Assembly (NCBI GenBank): GCA_035546295.1
Contig: DATKBT010000030.1
Coordinates: 17,134-81,133 of the forward strand
Origin: Thermoanaerobaculia bacterium
GTDB lineage: Bacteria > Acidobacteriota > Thermoanaerobaculia > Multivoradales > Multivoraceae
DNA: 64,000 bases
Reading direction: 5' to 3'
Shown: piece after piece, positions 1 through 9,264 of the stretch
Layout of the letters: each line of letters begins with the position of its first letter
Numbering within the stretch: position 1 is the stretch's first letter
The notes under the pieces: model-generated
Databases searched by the model: none
What the model was told of the DNA's origin: nothing
The model's input: only the letters and a program-made list of their open reading frames with translations
Translations under genes and position numbers: made by a program

Positions 1-1012
1 CGCCGAGCTCACGGCTTGCGGTGCCGGTCGAGCCGGTGAGGCTGAGTTGGGGGAGCAGCGATGCCCGAGCGGCGCCGACGCCGGCGAGCGCGGCATAGAC
101 GCGCTCCTCGGCGGCGACCACGTCGGGGCGCCGGGCGAGCAGCTCCGCGGGCAGCCCCGCCGGTACCGGCGCCCCGACCGCGGGCAGCTCAGGGGCGCTG
201 TCGAGCGCGCCCGCGGGGTAGCGGCCGGCGAGCACCTCGAGCCGGCGTCGGGCCGCATCGAGCTGCTCGCTTCGCGCCAGGACGGCGGCCGCGACGATCT
301 CGCGCTGGGTCCGCGCCAGACGCACCTCGAGCGAGGGGGCGAGGCCGCGCTCGTAGCGGGCCTCGACGCGCTCGAGCGTTCGCGAGCGGCTGTCGAGCGT
401 GCGCTCCGCGAGCCGCTGCTGGAGCGCGAGCTCGACCAGCGAGAAGTAGGCGCGCGCGACCTGGCCCGCGATCGACAGCCTCGCCGCCTCGAGGTCGGCG
501 GCGGCGGCCCGGCTGTCGAAGATCGCCGCGGAGCGGCGAGCGCGCAGCCGGCCCCACAGGTCCGCCTCCCAGCTCACCGAGAACGAGAGGCCAGAGCTGG
601 TCGAGGTGGTGCTCAGCACCCGATCCTCGCCCCCCGGGATCGGCAGCCCGATGAAGTTCTGCTTCGATCGTCGCGAGGCAGCTCCGACCCCGATCTGGGG
701 CTCGAGATCCGCCCCCTGGATCCGGGCGGAGGCGATCGCGGCCTCGACGCGGGCGGCGGCGGCGGCGAGATCCCAGTTGTGAGCGAGCGCCTCCTCGACC
801 AGCGCCGCGAGCCGCGGGTCGGCGAGGTCCTCCCACCAGCCGACGGCGCGACGGGCGGCTGCGAGCTCTTCCGTGCCGGCGAAGGCGGCAGGGGGATCGA
901 CCGGCGATGGCACCGGCTCGATGCGGGCGACCGAGGTGCAGGCGAGGCCCGTGACCGCCAAGAGACCGAGACCCGGAGCCAGGAGCCGGCGCCGGCGCAG
1001 GAAGCCGCTCAC
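1..1012 (-). CDS. Efflux outer-membrane lipoprotein, NodT/TolC (OMF) family; 3' end runs off the window
   Basis: Not in the ORF track; translated by hand from GTG at 1012, which overlaps the tetR stop (GTGA). Reads VSGFLRRRRLLAPGLGLLAVTGLAC (lipobox-like), WWEDLADPRLAALVEEALAHNWDL, SWEADLWGRLR, GLPAELLARRPDV. Confidence 0.85.
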   Translation of the reverse strand, partial: MSGFLRRRRLLAPGLGLLAVTGLACTSVARIEPVPSPVDPPAAFAGTEELAAARRAVGWWEDLADPRLAALVEEALAHNWDLAAAAARVEAAIASARIQGADLEPQIGVGAASRRSKQNFIGLPIPGGEDRVLSTTSTSSGLSFSVSWEADLWGRLRARRSAAIFDSRAAAADLEAARLSIAGQVARAYFSLVELALQQRLAERTLDSRSRTLERVEARYERGLAPSLEVRLARTQREIVAAAVLARSEQLDAARRRLEVLAGRYPAGALDSAPELPAVGAPVPAGLPAELLARRPDVVAAEERVYAALAGVGAARASLLPQLSLTGSTGTASRELG

Positions 1013-1782
1013 GAGCTCTCCTCCTCCTCGCCGCTCGGCTCGAGCGAGAGGCTGCCGGAGACGGGCGCGGGCCCGGCATCGCCGGCGGCGCGCGGCGCTC
1101 GGAAGCCGGCGGCCAGGAACTCGACCAGCCGAGCGGTCGCCTCGCGTGCGTCCCCGGTCGCGCAGCCGCCGCGCGAGAAGAGCGCGAGGTCCTCGCGGTT
1201 GGTCGCCGTCATCGCCATCGCGCCGATCGCGAAATGCAGGCGCCACAGGACGTCCGTCGCCGTCAAGTGGGGAGCCCGGCGGTGGATCGCGGCCACGAAG
1301 CGTCGGGCGACCTCGGCGAAGTTTTCGAGTAGCAGACCACGGACCCGGACGTCGGCCTCGAAGTGGAGGCGACCCAGCAGGCGTACGAAGCCCTCGCACC
1401 CCTCCGCATACTGGAGCGCCGGAGCCATCAGTGCCTCGAGGACCGACTCGAGGTCGTCCTCTCCCTCGGCCTCGAGCCGATCGAGCCACTCGAGCCGCTC
1501 CTCGTTGAGCGGGCGGATGCGCCGCTCGAGGACGGCCAGCACCAGAGCGTCCTTCGACCCGAAGTGGTAGTTGACGGCGGCGATGTTGGCGCCCGCGCGC
1601 TCGGTGATCGCCCGCAGCGAGGTAGCCGAGGCGCCCTGCGCCTCGAACAGCTCCTCGGCGGCGTCGAGCAGGGCCTCCTTGGTGTCTCGGGGCGCCTCGT
1701 CCGCAGCGACGTGCTCCACTGCGTTCGCAGCTCGTCGGGTGTGGCTCACAGCTCGTTCTTCCTCGGCTGGTGCCGATTCCAC
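1009..1782 (-). CDS. TetR/AcrR family regulator, PsrA-like C-terminal domain (alternative start GTG 1749)
   Basis: HTH TKEALLDAAEELF...SLRAITERAGANIAAVNYHFGSKDAL; C-terminal DVLWRLHFAIGAM resembles PsrA-type regulators. Confidence 0.9.
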   Translation of the reverse strand: MESAPAEEERAVSHTRRAANAVEHVAADEAPRDTKEALLDAAEELFEAQGASATSLRAITERAGANIAAVNYHFGSKDALVLAVLERRIRPLNEERLEWLDRLEAEGEDDLESVLEALMAPALQYAEGCEGFVRLLGRLHFEADVRVRGLLLENFAEVARRFVAAIHRRAPHLTATDVLWRLHFAIGAMAMTATNREDLALFSRGGCATGDAREATARLVEFLAAGFRAPRAAGDAGPAPVSGSLSLEPSGEEEESS

Positions 1783-1800
1783 GTCGGCGATTCGCCGCCG

Positions 1801-1847
1801 ATTCTACCATACGGTCGCTTCAATCGATGTTTCAATCGATCGTTTGA
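1801..1847 (-). promoter_or_regulatory. Extended -10 (TGG-TAGAAT, 1809-1801) for tetR plus two overlapping near-palindromic operator-like sites
   Basis: TCAATCGATCGTTTGA (1832-1847) is a near-perfect palindrome; the related TCAATCGATGTTTCA lies at 1820-1834. Confidence 0.6.
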
Positions 1848-1974
1848 GAGGTTCGGCCTCCGGTGCGAAGTGCGCGCTTTTGCCGGTTCCCGGTGAAGGG
1901 GCCGGAGCGGGCGTCCGCGGAGCTCGGCGGCGGCGCCGGCGCCCCTGACGCCCGAGCGGATAGAGTCGGCCGGC

Positions 1975-2850
1975 ATGTTCCAGCGGCAGACCAGCGGCTC
2001 GGTCGTGTGCCCCTCGTGCGGCAGGCTGGTCGGCGTTCGCGATCCGCAGTGCCTGAACTGCGGGCGGCGCAACCCCGGGATGTGGGGGTTCACCCAGCTC
2101 TTCCAGACGCTCGGCCGCGATCTCGGGTTCGGCCCGATCGCGATCGGCACCTGCCTGATCCTCTACGTCGTGAGCCTGGTGATGGATCCCTCCGAGATCG
2201 GGATGGCGGGGTTCTTCGGGCTGCTGTCGCCTTCGGAGCGGGCGCTCGGGCTGTTGGGTTGGAGCGGGGCGGTGCCGGTCTTCGATCAGGGGCGCTGGTG
2301 GTCGGTGCTGAGCGCGGGCTGGCTCCACGGCGGGCTGATCCACATCGGCTTCAACATGTACTGGCTGCACATGCTGTCGCCGGCGACCGCCCACATCTTC
2401 GGTCCCGGCCGCTCGATCCTGCTGTTCGTCGGGTCGTCGGTCGCGGGCTTCGCGGCGACCAGTGTCGTTCTCTACGTCAACGTGTTCTATCTCGGCTTGG
2501 CCGGTCCGCTGCGGGTGGTCGGGCTCTCGGGCGCGGCGTACACCGTGGGCGCCTCCGCCGCCATCTTCGGCTGGATCGGGGCGCTGATCTACTACGGGCG
2601 CCGCACCGGGGGCAGCCAGCTACGCCAGCAGCTCCTCGGCTTCGTGATCCCGATGTTCGTCCTCGGGCTGCTGATTCCCGGCATCGACAACTGGGCGCAC
2701 CTCGGCGGCTTCGGCGGCGGATACCTGCTGGCGAAATGGCTCGATCCGATGAAGCCGGAGCGCATCGACCACATGGTCGTGGCGCTGGTGGCGCTGGCGG
2801 CGAGCCTGCTGGCGGTGCTCGCCTCGGTGATCGTCGGTCTAGGCGGGTGA
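1975..2850 (+). CDS. Rhomboid intramembrane serine protease with N-terminal CxxC..CxxC zinc ribbon
   Basis: CPSC..CLNC; WLHGGLIHIGFNM, GASAAIFG (catalytic Ser), AHLGG (catalytic His); several TM segments. Confidence 0.92.
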   Translation: MFQRQTSGSVVCPSCGRLVGVRDPQCLNCGRRNPGMWGFTQLFQTLGRDLGFGPIAIGTCLILYVVSLVMDPSEIGMAGFFGLLSPSERALGLLGWSGAVPVFDQGRWWSVLSAGWLHGGLIHIGFNMYWLHMLSPATAHIFGPGRSILLFVGSSVAGFAATSVVLYVNVFYLGLAGPLRVVGLSGAAYTVGASAAIFGWIGALIYYGRRTGGSQLRQQLLGFVIPMFVLGLLIPGIDNWAHLGGFGGGYLLAKWLDPMKPERIDHMVVALVALAASLLAVLASVIVGLGG

Positions 2851-2964
2851 CGGCGGCGAGAGCTCACGCAGCCGGCGGCTCGCGCTCTGAGCCGCGAGCG
2901 GCGGCACCGGAGTCGGTGCTGACTCCCTGCGCGATCGCGGCGGTGGGGCCTGTAGGATGCGCCG

Positions 2965-3996
2965 ATGATTCGAGTCGTCGTCGCCGGCGCTTCCGGCTAC
3001 TCGGGGGGCGAGCTGCTGCGCATCCTGGCGGGCCACCCCGAGGTGGAGATCGGGCGCCTGGCCGCCGGCGAGCAGGCGGGGAAGCGGCTCGCGGGGGTCC
3101 ACCCCCGGTTCCGCGGCACCGAGCTCGGCGAGCGGGTGCTCGCCGAGAGCGACTGGAACGCCCTCGGCGAGGGCGCCGACGTCGCCTTCCTCGCGCTGCC
3201 TCACGGCCACGCGATCACGGCGGCCCCACGCCTGCTCGCTCAGGGCTGCCGGGTGATCGACATCGGGGCGGACTTTCGACTGCGCGATCCGCAGCAGTAC
3301 ACGCGCTGGTACGGCCTCGAGCACTCCGCGGTCGATCTCCTGCACGAAGCGGTCTACGGTCTGCCCGAGGTGTTTCGCCCGCGGATCGCCGAGGCTCGGC
3401 TGGTGGCCAACCCCGGCTGCTATCCGACCGCTGCCGCGCTGGCGTTGCTGCCGCTGCTGCCGCACGCCGCCGACGAGGCGATCGTCGTCGACGCCAAGTC
3501 CGGCGTCTCGGGCGCCGGCCGCAAGGCGTCGCTCGAGTACGCGTTCAGCGAGATCGACGAGAGCCTGCGTCCCTACGGCGTGCTCTCGCATCGCCACACC
3601 CCCGAGATCGCCCAGACCCTCGCCTTTGCGGGCGCTCCCCGGCAGGTGGTGTTCACTCCGCACCTGATCCCCATGATCCGGGGCCTCCTCGCCACCTGCT
3701 ACGTCCGCCTCGAGGAGGAGCCGGAGGACCTGCAGGCGCTGTACTCCGAGCGCTATCGGGGGGAGCCCTTCGTCACCGTCCTCGGTCCCGACGAGCTGCC
3801 GGTCACGGGCTCGCTGCGGGGCGTCAACCGCTGCGAGGTCGCAGTCCGCTACGACGCCGAGAACCGTCTGGCCGTCGCCTTCGGCGCGCTCGACAACCTG
3901 GTCAAGGGGGCCGCCGGCCAGGCGGTTCAGAACATGAACCTGATGTTCGGAGTCGACGAGCGGACGGGCCTCGAAGCCGCCCCGACCGGGTCCTGA
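2965..3996 (+). CDS. argC: N-acetyl-gamma-glutamyl-phosphate reductase
   Basis: GASGYSGGEL, ANPGCYPT, DAKSGVSGAGR, DNLVKGAAGQAVQNMN. Confidence 0.97.
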   Translation: MIRVVVAGASGYSGGELLRILAGHPEVEIGRLAAGEQAGKRLAGVHPRFRGTELGERVLAESDWNALGEGADVAFLALPHGHAITAAPRLLAQGCRVIDIGADFRLRDPQQYTRWYGLEHSAVDLLHEAVYGLPEVFRPRIAEARLVANPGCYPTAAALALLPLLPHAADEAIVVDAKSGVSGAGRKASLEYAFSEIDESLRPYGVLSHRHTPEIAQTLAFAGAPRQVVFTPHLIPMIRGLLATCYVRLEEEPEDLQALYSERYRGEPFVTVLGPDELPVTGSLRGVNRCEVAVRYDAENRLAVAFGALDNLVKGAAGQAVQNMNLMFGVDERTGLEAAPTGS

Positions 3997-4013
3997 GGAG
4001 GCGCCGTTCTGCC

Positions 4014-5270
4014 ATGTCCGCGTGGGATCGAGAGATGGAGGCCGAGCTGGCGCCGATCGAGGGGGGCGGCATCACGTCGCCGCGCGGCTTTCGCGCCTCG
4101 GCTGTGGCGAGCGGCATCAAGCGGAGCGGGCTCGATCTCGCGCTGATCGTCTCCGTGCGCGAGGCGAGCGTCGCCGGCATGTTCACCAGCAATCGGGTGC
4201 GCGCCGCGCCGGTGCGCTGGTGCGAGCGCATCGCTGCGCAGGGCGTCGCGCGCGCGATCCTGGCCAACAGCGGCAACGCCAACGCCTGCACCGGGCCCCA
4301 GGGGGAGCGCGACGCCGAGCGGATGGCGGCCGCCGCCGGCCGAGCGCTCGACCTCCCGGCCGATCGGGTGCTCGTGGCCTCGACCGGCGTGATCGGCCAT
4401 CCGCTGCCGGTCGAGCGGATCGAGAAGGCGTTGCCGGCCGCCGTCGCCGGTCTCGGCGGGGACGGGCGGACGGCCGCCGAGGCGATCATGACCACCGACA
4501 CCCGTCCGAAGTCGGCGGCGATCGCTCTCGATCTCGGTGGGCGCAGGGTGGCGTTGGGGGGCATCGCCAAGGGGGCCGGAATGATCGGCCCCGACCTGGT
4601 GCCGCCCCGGCTGGACGAGCCCCTGCACGCGACGATCCTGCTGTTCCTGACCACCGATGCCGCCGTCGCGCCGGTCGCCCTGCGCGAGGCGCTGCGCAGC
4701 GCGATCGACGTCAGCTTCAACGCGATCACGGTCGACGGAGACACCAGCACCAACGACACGGCGCTGCTGCTCGCCAATGGCGAGGCAGGGGGACCACCCC
4801 TCGACGGCGGCGCGCTCGAAGCGTTCACGCGGGCGCTCACCGAGCTCACCCGCGCGCTGGCGCTAGAGATCGTTCGCGACGGCGAGGGCGCGACCCGCGT
4901 GATCCGCATCGAGGTCACCGGCGCGCCGAGCCGAGAGGACGCCAAGCGGGTGGCGATGACGGTCGCCAACTCGCCGCTGGTCAAGACCGCCTTCTCGGCC
5001 GGCGAGCCCAACTGGGGACGGCTGCTGATGGCGGTGGGTCGCTCCGGTGTCGCTGTCGAGGAGCCGCTTCTCTCAGTGCGCATCGGCGGGCTCCAGATCG
5101 TCGAGCGGGGCCTCGGCGCCGGCACCGACCTCGAGGCGCTGCGCGCCGCGATGAGCCTCCCGGAGGCGGAGGTGTCCATCGACCTGGGACTCGGCTCGGC
5201 GTCGTTCACCGCGTGGACCTGTGACCTTTCCGAGGAGTACGTCCGGATCAACGCCCACTACCTCACCTGA
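4014..5270 (+). CDS. argJ: Glutamate N-acetyltransferase / ornithine acetyltransferase
   Basis: C-terminal part of track ORF 1863..5270, from ATG 4014; NSGNANACTG, AIMTTDT, KGAGMI, VDGDTSTNDT, WTCDLSEEYVRINAHY. Confidence 0.96.
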   Translation: MSAWDREMEAELAPIEGGGITSPRGFRASAVASGIKRSGLDLALIVSVREASVAGMFTSNRVRAAPVRWCERIAAQGVARAILANSGNANACTGPQGERDAERMAAAAGRALDLPADRVLVASTGVIGHPLPVERIEKALPAAVAGLGGDGRTAAEAIMTTDTRPKSAAIALDLGGRRVALGGIAKGAGMIGPDLVPPRLDEPLHATILLFLTTDAAVAPVALREALRSAIDVSFNAITVDGDTSTNDTALLLANGEAGGPPLDGGALEAFTRALTELTRALALEIVRDGEGATRVIRIEVTGAPSREDAKRVAMTVANSPLVKTAFSAGEPNWGRLLMAVGRSGVAVEEPLLSVRIGGLQIVERGLGAGTDLEALRAAMSLPEAEVSIDLGLGSASFTAWTCDLSEEYVRINAHYLT

Positions 5271-5436
5271 CGGACCGAGCAGGCAGCGGCGCGCTCGCGC
5301 CGCTACCGTGTCGAGGCGGACGCGACGCGGACGCTGGAGACCCGCCGCGGCCGGCGGTCGGTGGCGACCGACCGCGCTCGATCGGAGGCTCTCGTCGCCG
5401 CGTATGCGAGGATTCGGGCTCCGGATCGGACTGGTC

Positions 5437-6426
5437 ATGAGCGAAACGCCCGAGTCCTCGAACAGCCGGCAGCTCTCCATCTCGCAGGAGGTGCGCGGGG
5501 CCGCGCTCGCCGAGGCCCTCGGCTACGTCGCCGCCTGGCGTCGTCTGCGCGTGGTCGTCAAGTACGGCGGGCACTCGATGACCCCGGAAGGGGAGGGCAC
5601 CCTGATCGAGGACGTCGCCCTGCTCCACCGCGCCGGCGTGCGGGTGGTCCTGGTGCACGGCGGCGGTCCAGAGATCAGCGAGCTGCTCGAGCGGCTCGGT
5701 GTCCCGGGGCGCTTCGTCGACGGGCTGCGGGTCACCGACGAGCCGACGATGCGGGTGGTCGAGATGGTGCTCGGCGGCGGCATCAACAAGCGGCTGGTCG
5801 GTCGTCTGCAGGCGTTCGGCGCGCGCGCCGTCGGCCTGTCCGGCAAGGACGGCGACCTGCTGCAGGCGGTGCCTCACGAGCGCGCCGAGCTCGGCCTCGT
5901 CGGCCGGGTCGCGGCGGTCGACACCGGGGTGCTCACCACGCTCCTCGACGGCGGCTTCGTCCCCGTGATCGCACCCCTCGCACGCGGCGCAGGGGGCGTC
6001 ACCTACAACGTCAACGCGGACCTGGCGGCGGCCGCGATCGCGGGCGCGCTCGAGGCCGAGAAGTTCCTGCTGCTGACCGACGTCCCGGGCGTGCTCGACG
6101 TCCGCAGAGAGCCTCCGAGCCTGCTCTCCGAGCTGAGGCCGGGCGAGGCGCGCACGCTGATCGCGGAGGGCGTGATCTCGCGCGGCATGATCCCCAAGGT
6201 CGAGTCCTGCCTGAGCGCGATCGATCGCGGGGTGCGCAGCGCCCACATCCTCTCGGCGGCGACGCCGCGGGCGCTGCTCCTCGAGCTCTTCACGGACGCC
6301 GGGATCGGCACGATGATCCGCTCCCACCGCGAGGGAGGGCGTCGGCAGGAGCCTGCTCCACGACAGGAGCGAGCCGGCGGCGAGCCGCCGGAGACCGGCG
6401 AGGACGATCCGTCGGGCCCACCCTGA
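5437..6426 (+). CDS. argB: Acetylglutamate kinase
   Basis: VVKYGGHSM, VHGGGPEI, GLRVTD, YNVNAD, GMIPKVES, ELFTDAGIGTMI; start placed at ATG 5437. Confidence 0.96.
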   Translation: MSETPESSNSRQLSISQEVRGAALAEALGYVAAWRRLRVVVKYGGHSMTPEGEGTLIEDVALLHRAGVRVVLVHGGGPEISELLERLGVPGRFVDGLRVTDEPTMRVVEMVLGGGINKRLVGRLQAFGARAVGLSGKDGDLLQAVPHERAELGLVGRVAAVDTGVLTTLLDGGFVPVIAPLARGAGGVTYNVNADLAAAAIAGALEAEKFLLLTDVPGVLDVRREPPSLLSELRPGEARTLIAEGVISRGMIPKVESCLSAIDRGVRSAHILSAATPRALLLELFTDAGIGTMIRSHREGGRRQEPAPRQERAGGEPPETGEDDPSGPP

Positions 6427-6469
6427 ACCGCGTGTTGCCGACCCGGGCACGCCCATCGAGAGCGAACTC

Positions 6470-7738
6470 ATGAACGCCCCGAACACTGCCCCGAAGACTG
6501 CCCCGAAGACTGCCGTGGCCTCCGGCCGGAGGATCGCGACCGCCGCGCCGGCGGATCCGCTGTTCCAGAACTACCGCCGAGCTCCTTTGGCCTTCGCGCG
6601 CGGCGAGGGCTGTCGGCTGTGGGACACGGAAGGGCGCGAGTACCTCGATCTGCTCGCCGGCATCGCCACCTGCTCGCTCGGACACGGGCACCCCGGCCTG
6701 GTGAGCTCGATCCAGGAGCAGGCGGCGCGCTGTCTGCACGTTTCGAACCTGTTTCGGATCCCCGAGCAGGAGGAGGCGGGCCGGCTGCTGGTCGAGGCCA
6801 GCGGCGGTCGCTTCAGCCGAGCGTTCTTCTGCAACAGCGGCACCGAGGCCAACGAGGCCGCGATCAAGCTGGCGCGCCGCTGGGGGAGCACCGCCGAGCC
6901 GAAGCGGTTCAAAGTGATCAGCACGCACAACGCCTTTCACGGCCGCACCCTGGGCGCGCTCGCGGCGACCGGAACCGCCGCGTACCGCGTGGGGTTCGAG
7001 CCGCTTCCCGAAGGCTTCGTCCAGGTCCCATTCGACGATCTCGAGGCGCTCGAGGAGGCGCTCGACGAGCAGACCTGTGCGGTGCTGCTCGAAGGGATCC
7101 AGGGGGAGGCGGGCGTGATCCCTTCGAGTCCGGGCTACCTCGAGGGGGTGCAGGCTCTCTGTCGCGAGCGCGGCACCCTCTTCGTGCTCGACGAGATCCA
7201 GACCGCGATCGGCCGGCTCGGCAGGCCCTTCGGCTTCCAGCACTTCGGGGTCGAGCCCGACGTGATCACGCTGGCCAAGGGGCTCGGTGGAGGTGTCCCG
7301 GTCGGGGCCGTGCTCGCCGGGGAAGAGGTCGCGGCGGTGCTGGTGCCGGGGACCCACGGCACCACCTTCGGCGGCAACCCGCTGGCGATGGCCGCGGTGA
7401 TCGCGGTGCAGCGGGCTCTTCGTGAGGAAGATCTGCCGGCGAACGCGGCGGCTCGCGGCGCACAGCTTCGTGCCGGCCTCGAGGCGATCGCCGATCGCAC
7501 CGGCACCATCAACCAGGTGCGCGGAACCGGTCTCATGCTCGCGATCGAGACCACGGCGCCGGCGGCTCCGATCGCCGATCGCTGCCGGGAGCTGGGTGCG
7601 ATCGTCCACGCGGTGCGCCCGACCTCGATCCGGCTGCTGCCGCCGCTGGTGATCGACGAGCAGGAGGTGAGCGAGGGTCTGGGCGTGCTCGAGCAGGCGC
7701 TCGAGGAGAGTCGCGACGAGGCCGGGGCGGGTCGGTGA
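6470..7738 (+). CDS. argD: Acetylornithine aminotransferase (PLP class III)
   Basis: FCNSGTEANEAAIKLAR, FHGRTLG, LDEIQT, ITLAKGLGGG, HGTTFGGNPL; position within the arg cluster. Confidence 0.93.
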   Translation: MNAPNTAPKTAPKTAVASGRRIATAAPADPLFQNYRRAPLAFARGEGCRLWDTEGREYLDLLAGIATCSLGHGHPGLVSSIQEQAARCLHVSNLFRIPEQEEAGRLLVEASGGRFSRAFFCNSGTEANEAAIKLARRWGSTAEPKRFKVISTHNAFHGRTLGALAATGTAAYRVGFEPLPEGFVQVPFDDLEALEEALDEQTCAVLLEGIQGEAGVIPSSPGYLEGVQALCRERGTLFVLDEIQTAIGRLGRPFGFQHFGVEPDVITLAKGLGGGVPVGAVLAGEEVAAVLVPGTHGTTFGGNPLAMAAVIAVQRALREEDLPANAAARGAQLRAGLEAIADRTGTINQVRGTGLMLAIETTAPAAPIADRCRELGAIVHAVRPTSIRLLPPLVIDEQEVSEGLGVLEQALEESRDEAGAGR

Positions 7739-9201
7739 GCGGAGAGCCCAAGCTCTGGGGCGGGCGCTTCGAGCAGGGCGCCGCCCCCGAGATCGACCGC
7801 TTCACGCGGGCTCTGGGATTCGACCGGCGTCTCGCCCGCTGCGACCTCGTCGGATCGCTCGCGCACGCGCGGATGCTCCAGGAGCAGGGCATCCTCTCGA
7901 CAGCGGACGCCGAGGCGGTGCTCGGCGGCCTGGCCTCCATGCTCGCCGAGCTCGAGAGCGGCGACCTCGTCGTCGAGGGGGACGACGAGGACGTTCATTC
8001 CTGGATCGAGCGAACCCTGAGCTCGCGGGTCGGCGATCCGGGGCGCCGCGTGCACACCGGGCGCAGCCGCAACGACCAGACCGCGGTCGCGCTGCGGTTG
8101 TGGGTGCGCGAAGCGATCGCCGAAGTCGTGAAGCGCCTGGTCGGGCTCATGGAGGTTCTCCTCGAGCAGGCGACGCGGCATCGCGACGTCGTGCTGCCGG
8201 GCTACACGCACCTCCAGCGCGGCCAGCCGGTCACTCTCGCCCACCACCTGCTCGCGCACCTGTGGTCGCTCGACGCCGACGCCGCCCGCTTCGAGCGCGC
8301 GCGCGATTCGGCCGGCGCTTCGCCGCTGGGCGCGGCGGCGCTCGCCGGCACGCCGCACCCGATCGACCCCGCCCGCAGCGCCGAGTTGCTCGGTCTGCCA
8401 AGGGTCTTCCGCAACAGCATGCACGCGGTGGCCGACCGCGACTACGTGCTCGAGGCGAGCTTCGCGGCAGCCCTCCTGATGGTCCATCTCTCGCGCTGGG
8501 CGGAGGAGGTGGTGCTGTGGAGCAGCGCGGAGTTCGGCTTCGTGGCGCTCGCCGACTCGGTCGCCAAGGGCTCGAGCATCATGCCCCAGAAGCGCAACCC
8601 CGAGCCCGCCGAGCTGCTGCGCGGCAAATCGGGCCGCGTGATCGGCGACCTGGTCGCCCACCTGGTCCAGCTCAAGGGCCTGCCGCTGACCTACAACTCC
8701 GACCTCCAGGAGGACAAGGAGGCGCTGTTCGACGCCCTCGACACCGTGCGCGAGAGCCTGGTGGCGAGCCGCTCGATCGCCCAGGGGCTGCGCTATCGGC
8801 CCGAGCGCATGCGCGCGGCGCTCGAGGGGGGCTACGTGACCGCCACCGACTTGGCCGACGCGCTGGTCCGTCGCGGCGTCACCTTCCGCGATGCCCACGA
8901 GCGCACCGGCCGGGTGGTGCGTCTGGCCGAAGACCGCGAGCTCGAGCTGTGGCAGCTTCCGGGCGACGAGGTGCTCGGGCTCTGCCCCGAGCTCGACTCC
9001 GCAGACCTCGCGGTGCTCGCTCCGGCCGCCTCGGTCGAAGCCCACGGCTCGCCCGGCGGGCCGTCCTCGGAGAGGGTGGCGGAGCAGCTCCGCGCGGCCC
9101 GGGAGACGGTGGCGGGGTGGCGGAGCTGGACCACGGAGCTCGTCGAGCCGCCGGTGGTGAGGGCGGCGCGGGAGGGGCGCCTCCTCGATCCGCAGATCTG
9201 A
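7735..9201 (+). CDS. argH: Argininosuccinate lyase
   Basis: KLWGGRF, HTGRSRNDQ, PGYTHLQR, GSSIMPQKRNP, YNSDLQEDKE. Confidence 0.97.
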   Translation: MSGEPKLWGGRFEQGAAPEIDRFTRALGFDRRLARCDLVGSLAHARMLQEQGILSTADAEAVLGGLASMLAELESGDLVVEGDDEDVHSWIERTLSSRVGDPGRRVHTGRSRNDQTAVALRLWVREAIAEVVKRLVGLMEVLLEQATRHRDVVLPGYTHLQRGQPVTLAHHLLAHLWSLDADAARFERARDSAGASPLGAAALAGTPHPIDPARSAELLGLPRVFRNSMHAVADRDYVLEASFAAALLMVHLSRWAEEVVLWSSAEFGFVALADSVAKGSSIMPQKRNPEPAELLRGKSGRVIGDLVAHLVQLKGLPLTYNSDLQEDKEALFDALDTVRESLVASRSIAQGLRYRPERMRAALEGGYVTATDLADALVRRGVTFRDAHERTGRVVRLAEDRELELWQLPGDEVLGLCPELDSADLAVLAPAASVEAHGSPGGPSSERVAEQLRAARETVAGWRSWTTELVEPPVVRAAREGRLLDPQI

Positions 9202-9264
9202 GCAGGATGGCTGTTCGGAGCTCGCCGGGGCTTTCTCCTCGCGCTCCTCCGTAGGATAGGGGGA

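Noticed and set aside
1863-5270. 1135-aa ORF in the track
   Set aside because: Only the part from 4014 is ArgJ; the rest is an off-frame read-through across the rhomboid and argC genes caused by stop-codon scarcity at high GC.
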